Positions 18,955-28,616 of a DNA stretch of 64,000 bases are shown piece after piece. The position numbers and the translations under genes are program-made. This stretch comes from Candidatus Cloacimonadota bacterium (lineage in GTDB: Bacteria > Cloacimonadota > Cloacimonadia > Cloacimonadales > WRIO01). The notes under the pieces are model-generated. The model saw only the letters and a program-made list of their open reading frames with translations. It made no database searches and was not told the origin of the DNA. Each line of letters starts with the position of its first letter. Position 1 is the first letter of the stretch. The stretch spans positions 1-64,000 of the forward strand of contig JAKQQL010000440.1 in assembly GCA_029564175.1 (NCBI GenBank), read 5' to 3'.

Positions 18955-21834
18955 CTATTTTAGTAACAGCATTTTTTTAGCCTGTATATTTTTCCCGTTT
19001 AGACTTAATGTATAGAAATAGATACCAGAGGGAGCCTGGTGAGAAGAATCATCAGTTCCATCCCAAACTATCTGATGGTCTCCTGGGTTTTGTAATCCAT
19101 TTTTAAATGATTTGAGCAGTTGTCCTTTTACGTTATATATGTTGATTTCAACATTTTCTTGTTTTGTCAGTACATAAGAAATGTGAGTAACTGGGTTGAA
19201 AGGATTAGGATAATTATGCTTAAGATAGCTTGTTACAGGTTTTGTGCCTATGTGAGAATCTGTGGTGTTGATGCCCCCAAAGAGTGAAATTGTATTATTG
19301 ATAAGAGCCTGTGCCTCATTTTCTTTCATTTGGTATAATGGAAAGCTCAATGTTAAAGTTTTAAAATCAGTCCCGTTGTATAATACTCCTGTTTTTTGAC
19401 CATCCATTACAGCCTGTGTAGCTGAGTTATCATAACCTGATTCGTATGCATAGACAGCTACTCCTTGTCCAGAAGGAGTGAGTGATTCGATGTCTTTAAG
19501 TCTGTACTGCATATTGATATGGGTTTTAGTCGTATCGCAGCTTACAACAGCATAATTTTGACTTAAAGGTTGCGCAGATTGAAAACGGGCAGCAGTATTT
19601 AATTCAGATGATTGGATTTTGAGATAATCTCTGACAAACGTGCCTGAAGGGAAATTAGCTGGGTAACCAGGATAAGTATTAAAAATCTGAGATGGTTTAT
19701 AAGCTGATATGATTAATTTACCCCCATTATCAAGATAATCAGCAAGAACAGGTGTGAAAGGAATAATATCACTGGAGTTTGAAGTATTTCTATGATAAAA
19801 AACCATTGAAAAAGCACAGAGATCGAAAATGTTTAAATCACGGTTTAGTGAAGACAGCTCAATCTGATCAACTGGATATGCACTGAATAAGCGGTTGTAA
19901 TAGTTGTCCACCTGTTCATCTGTAGGGAAAACAACTGTTCCTGTTCCATTAAATGTGTCATCAAGTACTAAAATCCCATGCCCCATCGTATAAGGACGTG
20001 CACCAATTGCCTGACTTACTTCACTTTCGTTGCCATCAGAATCTTTACAAGTCATTCGGTAATATTTTAATATAGCAGGATTTGAAGGGTTTGTTGAATA
20101 GGTAATGGTAGATGCTGGTAATTCTGTTAACAAATTGCCTTGTGTTGTTTCATTATCTGAGACATAAATCCGATAATTTTGAACATCCAATTCTTGATTT
20201 GCATCCCAGTTGATTTGGATCCCAGACCAAGTCGGAGAAATGTGAAAATTTGATACCATTTGTGGGATGCTGGCAGGTCTGATTTGTCTTTCAAGAACAA
20301 GTGAAGAGACTTCATCAATAATGGCATTTAACTGGATTTTATAAAGATTACCTTCTGTTAGATTATTGACTATTATAAGGGTCTGATTAGTCATGTAATT
20401 CATTACCAGATTATCATTTTCATCATAAACTGTTACTCTGTAATCAACATCACCAATATCTGGTATTGCTGACCAGCTTGCCTGAATCTGAGAACCATTT
20501 CCAACATTCCTAAGGACAAAATTTTCAGGCGTGGTGGGTATTTCTGACATATACATCAGCATAGAAGCACCAAGCTTAACCATTTGTTGTGCGTAAGGAA
20601 AATTACAATAATCTGTAATATCATTGAAGGAATGATAATATGGGCTGAATTCACTTTCAGCTAAAAAGATAGCCGGATAACCATTTGTCCAGTAAGACCA
20701 GGAATCAGAGCCAGCAGTATTGGTATTACTGATTCTGTACGAAAGATTGGGCATTTGTTCAATATAATGGATCGCAAGTTGAGTTAAAAAATCTCCGCCT
20801 GTATATGTTTGTAGGTGTGCTTCCCAGTTATCAGAGATTTGGCTGGCAATCATATCATTGTTTATCATCGCTCTAATCTTCATTTGATTTTGAGCTGAAA
20901 CATAAGCGTCAAATTTACTGCCCCAAAGCCCAAATTCCTCCATTGCATAAGTGCAGAAACGTATATTGGTTTTACTCTGGTAGTTCGCAAGTTTCATTGC
21001 ACGGGCAATTTCAAATACAGCAGCAGTTCCAGAGGCATTATCATCAGCTCCTGGTGCAAAGATCATCGCATCATCATAGCCAGAATTGACAATTGAGTCA
21101 TGATGACCACCGATTACGACATACTGATCTGTTAACTCAGAGCCAGGCATAACCGCAACAACGTTTTTTTGCCAAACTTGATATCCGCTATGATAAAATG
21201 AATCAACGATAACATTTGTATAGCCAATTCTGATAAACTGATTCTTAATCCATTCTGAGACAGTAAAACGATTTGGATGTAAAGCATATCGGGTTTGAAA
21301 ATCTTGTAAATGTTGAACAAAAGCGGCAATTGAGTCTGCATTGATATAATTGATCACATTTTGATCGACAGGTAAAGGATTTTTTATATCATTTTGATAA
21401 AGTGTTTTTTCATTTTTATATAATCTGGCAGTTCTTTCAATTTTCACTGCTTTTATGTTTTTCTTTAATAAGTCAAGCTCTGATAATGAATTGTCTTTAA
21501 TGATAAGTTGACTTTGATCGTTTAAAACAATGTTTTTGGATTGAAAGGAAGCACTGATATCTACATGAATACGAGAGGTTAGGATATATACCGGATCATT
21601 GATGATATCATCTGAAATGAGCTTATACTCGATGTTATTGTCATCTAGACTTTTTGTATGTTCCGTTACGCATAGCACTTTTTCATTGTTTTGCATCACA
21701 ACATTGATTTTTAATTCTTCCAGCACATTTAAATTGCTTATTTTTGAAAGATCGATTAAAATGAGTTTATCGATTGCATTAAGTGACAAGCTTATGAATA
21801 ATAAGCCTAATAAAAGGAGTAAGTTTTTTTTCAT
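18955..21834 (-). CDS. Secreted M28 family metallopeptidase with FN3 domains and FlgD/T9SS-like C-terminal domain
   Basis: Signal peptide; GGHHDS, PGADDNASG, EEFGLWGS, NNDMI, SDSW, YYHS; C-terminal NYPNPFNP...IYNVKGQ...WDG...SGIYFY...KKMLLLK. Confidence 0.9.
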   Translation of the reverse strand: MKKNLLLLLGLLFISLSLNAIDKLILIDLSKISNLNVLEELKINVVMQNNEKVLCVTEHTKSLDDNNIEYKLISDDIINDPVYILTSRIHVDISASFQSKNIVLNDQSQLIIKDNSLSELDLLKKNIKAVKIERTARLYKNEKTLYQNDIKNPLPVDQNVINYINADSIAAFVQHLQDFQTRYALHPNRFTVSEWIKNQFIRIGYTNVIVDSFYHSGYQVWQKNVVAVMPGSELTDQYVVIGGHHDSIVNSGYDDAMIFAPGADDNASGTAAVFEIARAMKLANYQSKTNIRFCTYAMEEFGLWGSKFDAYVSAQNQMKIRAMINNDMIASQISDNWEAHLQTYTGGDFLTQLAIHYIEQMPNLSYRISNTNTAGSDSWSYWTNGYPAIFLAESEFSPYYHSFNDITDYCNFPYAQQMVKLGASMLMYMSEIPTTPENFVLRNVGNGSQIQASWSAIPDIGDVDYRVTVYDENDNLVMNYMTNQTLIIVNNLTEGNLYKIQLNAIIDEVSSLVLERQIRPASIPQMVSNFHISPTWSGIQINWDANQELDVQNYRIYVSDNETTQGNLLTELPASTITYSTNPSNPAILKYYRMTCKDSDGNESEVSQAIGARPYTMGHGILVLDDTFNGTGTVVFPTDEQVDNYYNRLFSAYPVDQIELSSLNRDLNIFDLCAFSMVFYHRNTSNSSDIIPFTPVLADYLDNGGKLIISAYKPSQIFNTYPGYPANFPSGTFVRDYLKIQSSELNTAARFQSAQPLSQNYAVVSCDTTKTHINMQYRLKDIESLTPSGQGVAVYAYESGYDNSATQAVMDGQKTGVLYNGTDFKTLTLSFPLYQMKENEAQALINNTISLFGGINTTDSHIGTKPVTSYLKHNYPNPFNPVTHISYVLTKQENVEINIYNVKGQLLKSFKNGLQNPGDHQIVWDGTDDSSHQAPSGIYFYTLSLNGKNIQAKKMLLLK

Positions 21835-21903
21835 AACAGGTTTCCTCTTTTTTATTTTTAAAATCCTCAGATTTTATATATGCATGAAACATACCAAAAT
21901 TAA

Positions 21904-21931
21904 GAAAAGCCTCTGATTTCAGAGGCTTTTC
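21904..21931 (-). terminator. Terminator hairpin after buk
   Basis: GAAAAGCCTCTG-ATTT-CAGAGGCTTTTC perfect 12-bp stem. Confidence 0.8.
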
Positions 21932-21951
21932 AAAGTATAAAATGATCAGTA

Positions 21952-23025
21952 TTAATATTCTCTTGCTTCTTCCAAACCCTTTAGAACACGTACACCACCT
22001 TGTGTGAGGGCTTCCATTTCGAATTCACCAGGGAAAATATATACGGGTGCGATAAACGCTACGCGTTTTGATAATTCTTCTGTGAAATATTTGCCATAAG
22101 CTAAACCGCCAGTTAAGAAAATACCATCTACTTTGCCTGATAATGCCGCTGCACATGCACCAATTTCTTTTGCTACCTGGTAGATCATCGCATCAAAAAT
22201 TCTTTTCGCTTCAGTGTCACCGGCTTCAATTCTTTCACCAACTACTCTGCCGTCATCAGTTCCTAAATAGGCCATCAAACCAGCTGTTTTGGTAAAATAA
22301 TTTGCAAGGTCTTTTTTTGTATATTTGCCACTGAAAGCCATATCCATGACATCACCAATTGGTAATGCACCAGCTCTCTGAGGAGAGAATGGTCCCATAC
22401 CTAAAAGTGCATTGTTTACGTCAACGACATTTCCTTGTTTAATTGCTGCAACAGAGATTCCTCCACCCATGTGAGCACCAATCATGTTGGTTTCCTCAAA
22501 CTTTTTGTTTAATTTTTTCCCTAATTGACGGGCTGTATAGCGAATATTTAAGGCATGAAACAAAGATTTTCTTTCTATTTCAGGAACACCAGAGATACGA
22601 GCAATATCTTCAAACTCATCTACTGTTACAGGGTCAACGATATAGCAGGGAATGTTTAATTCATCAGCGATAGATTTAGCAATAAAAGCGCCTAAATTTG
22701 ATGCATGAATTCTACCCCAGATATGTGGATCTTTTAAATCATCCAACATTTTCTGCGTAATTTTATAAGTTCCTCCATGAACAGGACGAACTAAACCACC
22801 ACGTCCAACAACTGCATCAAGCGTTGAAGGTTCCACATTGTTTTCTTTCATTGCTTCAATCACCAATGCTTTACGGAATTGATCTTGCTCAAGAATTGAA
22901 CCTACCTTGTCTAATTCTGCCGGATCATGTCTTAAGGTTTTGATGAAAATTTCTTTATCATCATCAAATACTGAAATTTTTGTAGATGTTGAACCCGGAT
23001 TGATTGATAAAATACGATAGTTCAT
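21952..23025 (-). CDS. buk: Butyrate kinase (branched-chain carboxylic acid kinase)
   Basis: INPGSTSTK, VGRGG, HASNLG, VDPVTVDE, FHALN, AHMGGGISV, PGEFEM. Confidence 0.96.
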   Translation of the reverse strand: MNYRILSINPGSTSTKISVFDDDKEIFIKTLRHDPAELDKVGSILEQDQFRKALVIEAMKENNVEPSTLDAVVGRGGLVRPVHGGTYKITQKMLDDLKDPHIWGRIHASNLGAFIAKSIADELNIPCYIVDPVTVDEFEDIARISGVPEIERKSLFHALNIRYTARQLGKKLNKKFEETNMIGAHMGGGISVAAIKQGNVVDVNNALLGMGPFSPQRAGALPIGDVMDMAFSGKYTKKDLANYFTKTAGLMAYLGTDDGRVVGERIEAGDTEAKRIFDAMIYQVAKEIGACAAALSGKVDGIFLTGGLAYGKYFTEELSKRVAFIAPVYIFPGEFEMEALTQGGVRVLKGLEEAREY

Positions 23026-23060
23026 TTGTCCTCCATATCTTTAATTTTTTATTTGTTGCC

Positions 23061-23089
23061 ATAATATCATAAATAATCTTTTGTGTCAA
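23061..23089 (-). promoter_or_regulatory. sigma70-type promoter for buk
   Basis: Minus strand TTGACA, 17-bp spacer ending TGA, TATTAT. Confidence 0.8.
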
Positions 23090-23228
23090 TGATTTTTCCT
23101 GGACATTTATCTATCTCTGAGATCAAAATGAGGATAGCAGGATTTAGGTCAGCTGGTTACTTAAGCTATAACACTTCAACAAGCATAATATCAAATGTCT
23201 GGAATTCGTTTCAAGCGGGTAGTCTATG

Positions 23229-24113
23229 CTACATTTTTTTTTGTATTGAGGTTATGTAACCTGCAATTATAATGAACATGGCACCTGTTATTAAATACCA
23301 GTTTAGCTTCAGGTTAAGAAACAGAATTTCATTAATTGTAGTAAATAAAATGGTCAATAAAAACAGTATAGACACGATATTGGTTTTCAAATGAGCCAAT
23401 GCGTAATTCCAGAATAAGTAAGCAAATCCTGACTGAAAAATTCCCATTTCAAAAATCCAAAACCACTGGATGGTCGTATGAGGTTTCGACTGACTAAAGA
23501 TTAAAAAGGGAGTTCCTAAAACACTGGATATGATAAATACTTTCAATAAGAATTGGATAATATGAATTGGTGTATGTCTGTAGGGTTTTACAAATTGTCC
23601 TGAGTAATAGGTATAAGCTCCAAAGGACAATCCAGTCAGTAAACCAAGTAGGATGCCTTTATAATAACCTGACTGTAATTCTGGAAATTTATCTTTTCCT
23701 GAAACAATCAATAGTATTCCTAAAAAAGAAAACAATAATGCGAGAATTTCTTTGCGATTGGGCTTTATATTCATGTAAAAGTAGGAGGCAAATAATACAA
23801 ACAGTGGTGAAAGGTTTTCTAATATCATGACAAATGTCCCGGGTAAATATATTAAGGCTAGATGATAGACCAGAGAATTACCAAAAACACCAATGAGTGA
23901 AACAAAAAGAACTGTTTTCCAGTGATTACTCCATGAGAAATTTAAAGCTTTTTTATAAAAAAGATAAAGAAAAAAGACCAGACTGCCAATCCAGAAACGA
24001 GCAGCAAATACAAAGTACATGTCAACACCCTGCAACGCAAGAAAGCGACCTGCAGGTCCGTGTATTCCCCAAAGAAACAGTGCAATAAATGCATATGTTA
24101 AGCTAAGATTCAT
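23229..24113 (-). CDS. EamA/DMT family transporter
   Basis: About 10 hydrophobic segments in two repeats; FLWG, ENLSPLFV, AYLFWNYAL. Confidence 0.88.
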   Translation of the reverse strand: MNLSLTYAFIALFLWGIHGPAGRFLALQGVDMYFVFAARFWIGSLVFFLYLFYKKALNFSWSNHWKTVLFVSLIGVFGNSLVYHLALIYLPGTFVMILENLSPLFVLFASYFYMNIKPNRKEILALLFSFLGILLIVSGKDKFPELQSGYYKGILLGLLTGLSFGAYTYYSGQFVKPYRHTPIHIIQFLLKVFIISSVLGTPFLIFSQSKPHTTIQWFWIFEMGIFQSGFAYLFWNYALAHLKTNIVSILFLLTILFTTINEILFLNLKLNWYLITGAMFIIIAGYITSIQKKM

Positions 24114-24210
24114 TTTACTCCTGAGTTTATAAAAACACCATTCTCATCATTAATATAGTTTTTTGTTTGATTTAATAGATTAGTGAAGGTAATTATCCAA
24201 TATTCTGTGT

Positions 24211-24253
24211 AAAAAATAAATAAGCGGTATATTGCTTGAGCATTATACCGCTT
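24211..24253 (-). terminator. Terminator after cheA-like gene
   Basis: AAGCGGTATA / TATACCGCTT stem followed on the minus strand by ATTTATTTTTT. Confidence 0.75.
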
Positions 24254-24265
24254 TAAAAAGACTAT

Positions 24266-27200
24266 TTATTCGAACTTTTCTGCGTTTAAGAGTAATTTGA
24301 CAGTGTCAAGCAGTTTATCCTTATGAATTTTGATTTCATAGGCATCAAAACCGGCTTCTTTTGCTTTAATGCGACTATCTTCACTGGTTAATGTGGTAAC
24401 TGCGATACAAGGTGTGTTGATAAATTTAGCATTTTTTCGGACTTCACGGGTAAACTCATATCCGTCCATACGAGGCATCAGCAGATCGACTATAAACAGA
24501 TCATAGTGTTTACTGGCTATCTTTTTCAAAGCATCAAGACCGTCAAAGGCTGTCTCAACAACATAACCTGCAGATTCAAAATATTGTTTCTCAAGCGTTC
24601 TAAAGAAGGAAGTGTCTTCAACAACTAAGATTTTATATTTTGCATTTTCATTATGAGTCTTAAGAGATGTTTTTTCAGGTTCTGCCATTTCTACTATTTG
24701 ATAAATATCAGGGAAAAGAACCAGTTTATTATCAAGCAGTGCAGACCCAATTAAACCTTTAGATGTGATATTTTCCGTGTCAATGTGAATTTGGGCAGAA
24801 AGAGAATCGATAATCTTATGAGCAATAATTCCGATTGGTGTTTCAAGTAATTTTGGAATAATTACATATCTAAATTCATTTTGAGATTGGCGAGAGCGAA
24901 CTGGTAAATAATGTTCCAGGCGTACTACTCTCAGGCTCTTATTCTCATGTTCGATATATTCTTTTTCTCCAACCATTTCAAACTTAGAGTTTTCCAGCTT
25001 TTCTATACGTTTGATTAAATCAAGATTTAATGCAAAAAATTCTTGTTCAGCATTTTCAAAAAGCAGAATATTCTGATGTTCAGCTGATACCTTTGTTTCA
25101 ATTTCTTCTTCAACTTTAATCGCTTTTTCCTGCTCTTTTATCGAATTAAAATTCAATTTTGCTTTATTGGCAATACCTGAAATATCAAGAATAAGAGATA
25201 CTGACCCGTCACCCATAATTGTTGTACCTGAATAACAAGTAGATGTCTTGAAAAAATGTGGGATTGATTTCACAACAATTTCTTCATTTCCAACAATTTC
25301 ATCCACAACAAGACCAAACTCATTGATATCATGTTTTAAAACAAGTACTCGTGTTATCTCTAAATCTTCATTTCTTTTTGAAATTCCCAAAACTTCATTT
25401 AAGTAAACAATTGGAAGTAACTTATTTCTGAGTCTTAGTACAGGGGATTCATTCACTTTTTCAATTCTACGGTGAGTATCTCCTTTTTTAACTCTGACAA
25501 GTTCCTTCAATGCCACCTGAGGTAAAGCAAAGTGCATATTTTCTGTTTTTATGATTAGAGAAGGGATAATAGCGAGCGTTAGTGGTAGTTTTAAGTTGAC
25601 AGTCGTTCCATGATCCGGTTTGGAATCAAGGCTGACAGATCCGCCCAGTTTTTCAATGTTTGTTTTAACAACATCCATCCCGACACCACGACCAGATACA
25701 TCAGAAACCTGATCTGCAGTCGAGAATCCAGGAGCAAAAATCAGTTCAAGTATTTGTTTTTCAGTTAATTTCTTCGCATCTGCCTCTGTTATCACATTTT
25801 TTTCAAGGGCTTTTCTGAGGACTTTTTTAGCATCAATACCAGCTCCATCGTCAATAACATCAATGTTTACTTTACCACCTTCATGATAAGCCTTCAACCA
25901 AACTGTGCCTACTTCCGGCTTCCCTTTTTTAAGTCTGTCTTCAGGTAGTTCAATCGCATGATCAGCACAATTCCTAACCAGATGGGTTAATGGATCGGAC
26001 AGATTTTCTATAATAGATTTGTCGAGATCCACTTCATTACCGGTTGTTTCAAGTTGTAATTTTTTATTAAGTTTAGTTCCCAATTCCCTGATCATACGAG
26101 GAAATTTGTTGAAAACCAGAGAAATCGGCTGCATTCTGGTATTCATGATTTTTTCCTGAAGTACAGAAGTTGTCATATCAATGTCCTGAAGCACAGCTGA
26201 TAATCCAGGCACATTTTTAGCCGCATCAGAAGCCATTCTAAGCAACTGATTTCGAGCTAAGACAAGCTCACCGGCAAAAGCCATCAAATCATTTAATAAA
26301 GATACAGAAACTCTTAAAGTTTCTTTTTGTTGGGTTGCTTCTTTTTTTAAGGAAGGCTGAGACTTCGCTTCAAGAATAGTTTCTACCGTATTCTCAATGG
26401 GTTTGACTTCATTAATTTCTTCATGAATTTTAACAGGCTCAACTGTTTTTTCAATGACAGTTTCCTTGGTAACAGGTTGAGTTATTTCTTTTTTTGGTTG
26501 TGTCACTACCGGTTTTTCATCTTGTTTAATGACATCTTGTGACGGTTTATGAAGAACCTGGAATTCTTTTTCAACAAATTCAGGGATTTCCAAAGTCTGG
26601 ATTTGAGATTCATCAACTTCAAGTCCGATAGCAATCAGATCTGGTTCAAGTACAGAAGAGAAGAGATAAACAAAAGACATTTCATTATCAGTTACAGAAT
26701 CATCTAAACCGTGAATAGTAGAAAGGTCAGCGTAAGAACCAATCAGATTCCCTAATTTTTCAATATTTTTAAGATAATCCAGAGGAGTTTTCCCTTTTTC
26801 TTTCATATCTTTATTGGTGTATGCATGAACAGAATATAAAAAATGGCCATGAGCCAAAGCCTTTTTTAATTCAGAGACAGGAATCTGGAATTGTTTAGAA
26901 AGTTTATCTGGTAAGTTTTCTTTATCTTCTACAGGTATTTCTACCATTTCAAGATCAGTATCGCCAGAAAGTAACTGATTTAATTTTTCTTTAATGGCGA
27001 CAGCATCAATATTTTCACTATTATCAATATCAGCAATCATTTGATTGAGTAAGTCAGTTCCTTGTAACAAGGTTGTTATCATATTTGAAGTTGGTACCAA
27101 TTTCCCATCTCTGACCAGAGAGAGCAAACTTTCCATTACATGACTGAGGGAAGTGATATTTTCAAATCCAAAAAAGCCTGCAGAACCTTTTAAACTGTGG

Positions 27201-27346
27201 ACTGCACGGAATATGCGATTGATAAGTTCTTGCTCAGGATTATCTTTATTTGATTCAAGTAATAATAAATCTGGTTCCAGGTTACTTAAATGTTCATTGG
27301 CTTCTTCTAAAAACATTTGTAACATTTCAGGATCTTGACCGACCAT
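24266..27346 (-). CDS. cheA: Hybrid CheA histidine kinase (Hpt - dimerisation - HATPase - CheW - CheW-like - receiver)
   Basis: IFRAVHSLKGSAG Hpt, HLVRNCADH, DDGAGID, GFST, SGRGVGMDVV, LPLTLAI, C-terminal VEDT...VDLLMPRMDG receiver; ATG 27346 behind AAGGAGG. Confidence 0.93.
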   Translation of the reverse strand: MVGQDPEMLQMFLEEANEHLSNLEPDLLLLESNKDNPEQELINRIFRAVHSLKGSAGFFGFENITSLSHVMESLLSLVRDGKLVPTSNMITTLLQGTDLLNQMIADIDNSENIDAVAIKEKLNQLLSGDTDLEMVEIPVEDKENLPDKLSKQFQIPVSELKKALAHGHFLYSVHAYTNKDMKEKGKTPLDYLKNIEKLGNLIGSYADLSTIHGLDDSVTDNEMSFVYLFSSVLEPDLIAIGLEVDESQIQTLEIPEFVEKEFQVLHKPSQDVIKQDEKPVVTQPKKEITQPVTKETVIEKTVEPVKIHEEINEVKPIENTVETILEAKSQPSLKKEATQQKETLRVSVSLLNDLMAFAGELVLARNQLLRMASDAAKNVPGLSAVLQDIDMTTSVLQEKIMNTRMQPISLVFNKFPRMIRELGTKLNKKLQLETTGNEVDLDKSIIENLSDPLTHLVRNCADHAIELPEDRLKKGKPEVGTVWLKAYHEGGKVNIDVIDDGAGIDAKKVLRKALEKNVITEADAKKLTEKQILELIFAPGFSTADQVSDVSGRGVGMDVVKTNIEKLGGSVSLDSKPDHGTTVNLKLPLTLAIIPSLIIKTENMHFALPQVALKELVRVKKGDTHRRIEKVNESPVLRLRNKLLPIVYLNEVLGISKRNEDLEITRVLVLKHDINEFGLVVDEIVGNEEIVVKSIPHFFKTSTCYSGTTIMGDGSVSLILDISGIANKAKLNFNSIKEQEKAIKVEEEIETKVSAEHQNILLFENAEQEFFALNLDLIKRIEKLENSKFEMVGEKEYIEHENKSLRVVRLEHYLPVRSRQSQNEFRYVIIPKLLETPIGIIAHKIIDSLSAQIHIDTENITSKGLIGSALLDNKLVLFPDIYQIVEMAEPEKTSLKTHNENAKYKILVVEDTSFFRTLEKQYFESAGYVVETAFDGLDALKKIASKHYDLFIVDLLMPRMDGYEFTREVRKNAKFINTPCIAVTTLTSEDSRIKAKEAGFDAYEIKIHKDKLLDTVKLLLNAEKFE

Positions 27347-27365
27347 GAACACCCTCCTTAATTAA

Positions 27366-27668
27366 TTAGGATACTTCAAAATATGAGGTTAATTTAAAAA
27401 GATTGAATAAATTTAAAATTGCGCGGGAAGTATTCGTAACCGTAAACTTACGGTTTTCTGCATGAACCTGTTTATAAAGTCCAACCACTAGATTAATACC
27501 CATTGAATCTATCTCAGTAACGTTGCCCAGATTCAATACAATTGTTTCAACACTGGGATTTTTTGACAGGGTATCTTTGATTAAGCTTAGCTGGTTATCC
27601 AGATTAGATGCCACCAAATTTGTTTTTGCAACAAATTCAATTGTATTTTCTTTGACAATGGCTTCCAT
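27366..27668 (-). CDS. STAS domain anti-sigma factor antagonist
   Basis: 100 aa; LNLGNVTEIDSMGIN with the phosphorylatable Ser. Confidence 0.88.
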   Translation of the reverse strand: MEAIVKENTIEFVAKTNLVASNLDNQLSLIKDTLSKNPSVETIVLNLGNVTEIDSMGINLVVGLYKQVHAENRKFTVTNTSRAILNLFNLFKLTSYFEVS

Positions 27669-27682
27669 GTGCCCTCCCTCTA

Positions 27683-28450
27683 TTATTTCTTTATTTCTAC
27701 TATTATTAAATTGTTACGGTTGAATATATTACTACAGAATTCATTGATCAGAAACAAACCCCGCTCATTAATTCTAAGTTCATCTTTTTCAATTGATTGT
27801 AAATGCTTTGCATAATTAAAACCCGGACCTTCATCTTGCACAGCAAAACCCAAAGTCTTTTCAGAATTTTTGAAGAAGATTGTGAGCATGACATTTTTTT
27901 CTTTATTAAGTTTGTTGCCATGTTTAACTGCGTTAGTAAGCAATTCACGTAATATCAGATTGTACTCAAAAAACTCCAGATTTGATATTGTATTAAAGAT
28001 CGCATTCACAAACTTCTCAAGTAACTGGGTTGCGTATTCAATATCTTCCAGTGAAGATTTGAAAGAAAAGTTTACTGATTTATAGGGACTATTGCAAAAT
28101 TCACTTTGTATTAAAGTATGAATATTAAGAAAATGAGAGAAGTTGTGTTCACCAATAGTCTCTTTGAATAGAGCAGATATTGTATGCTTATCAGATTTGT
28201 TAATGCCTGATTCAAGCTGATAGAAATCAGAATAATAGAAAAAAATGGGTTGATTAGTCATTAGATTATCTATATGAGTATTAGAAAAAAGCTTATAATC
28301 TTCAAAAACAAAAAAATCAAATTCTTTGGTAAGTTTGTTCTGATTCATTTCTGTTATAAAATCACTCGTACATAAATGATATGAATCATTGCCTGAATCT
28401 TTTAAATCAGAGCTTTTACCTGAATTAATATAAACAATTTTTGGACTCAT
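27683..28450 (-). CDS. RsbW/SpoIIAB-like anti-sigma factor/Ser kinase with N-terminal extension
   Basis: ELLTNAVKHGN, VQDEGPGF, RGLFLI; ATG 28450 behind GGAGGT. Confidence 0.8.
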   Translation of the reverse strand: MSPKIVYINSGKSSDLKDSGNDSYHLCTSDFITEMNQNKLTKEFDFFVFEDYKLFSNTHIDNLMTNQPIFFYYSDFYQLESGINKSDKHTISALFKETIGEHNFSHFLNIHTLIQSEFCNSPYKSVNFSFKSSLEDIEYATQLLEKFVNAIFNTISNLEFFEYNLILRELLTNAVKHGNKLNKEKNVMLTIFFKNSEKTLGFAVQDEGPGFNYAKHLQSIEKDELRINERGLFLINEFCSNIFNRNNLIIVEIKK

Positions 28451-28578
28451 TAAACGACCTCCACTCTGTTGTAAACAGTTGTAACCCATTTAAAATGATG
28501 TATTTAGTAATAATCATTTCCTTTTTTCCCAGTTTGCATTTAGTTATTTGCATTCTTTCACGCTATATTTATAAAAAA

Positions 28579-28607
28579 ATATTAGCATAAATCAATACTT
28601 GATGCAA
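28579..28607 (-). promoter_or_regulatory. Candidate sigma70-type promoter for anti-sigma/STAS/cheA unit
   Basis: Minus strand TTGCAT, 17-bp spacer ending TGC, TAATAT. Confidence 0.55.
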
Positions 28608-28616
28608 GCTTTTTTT

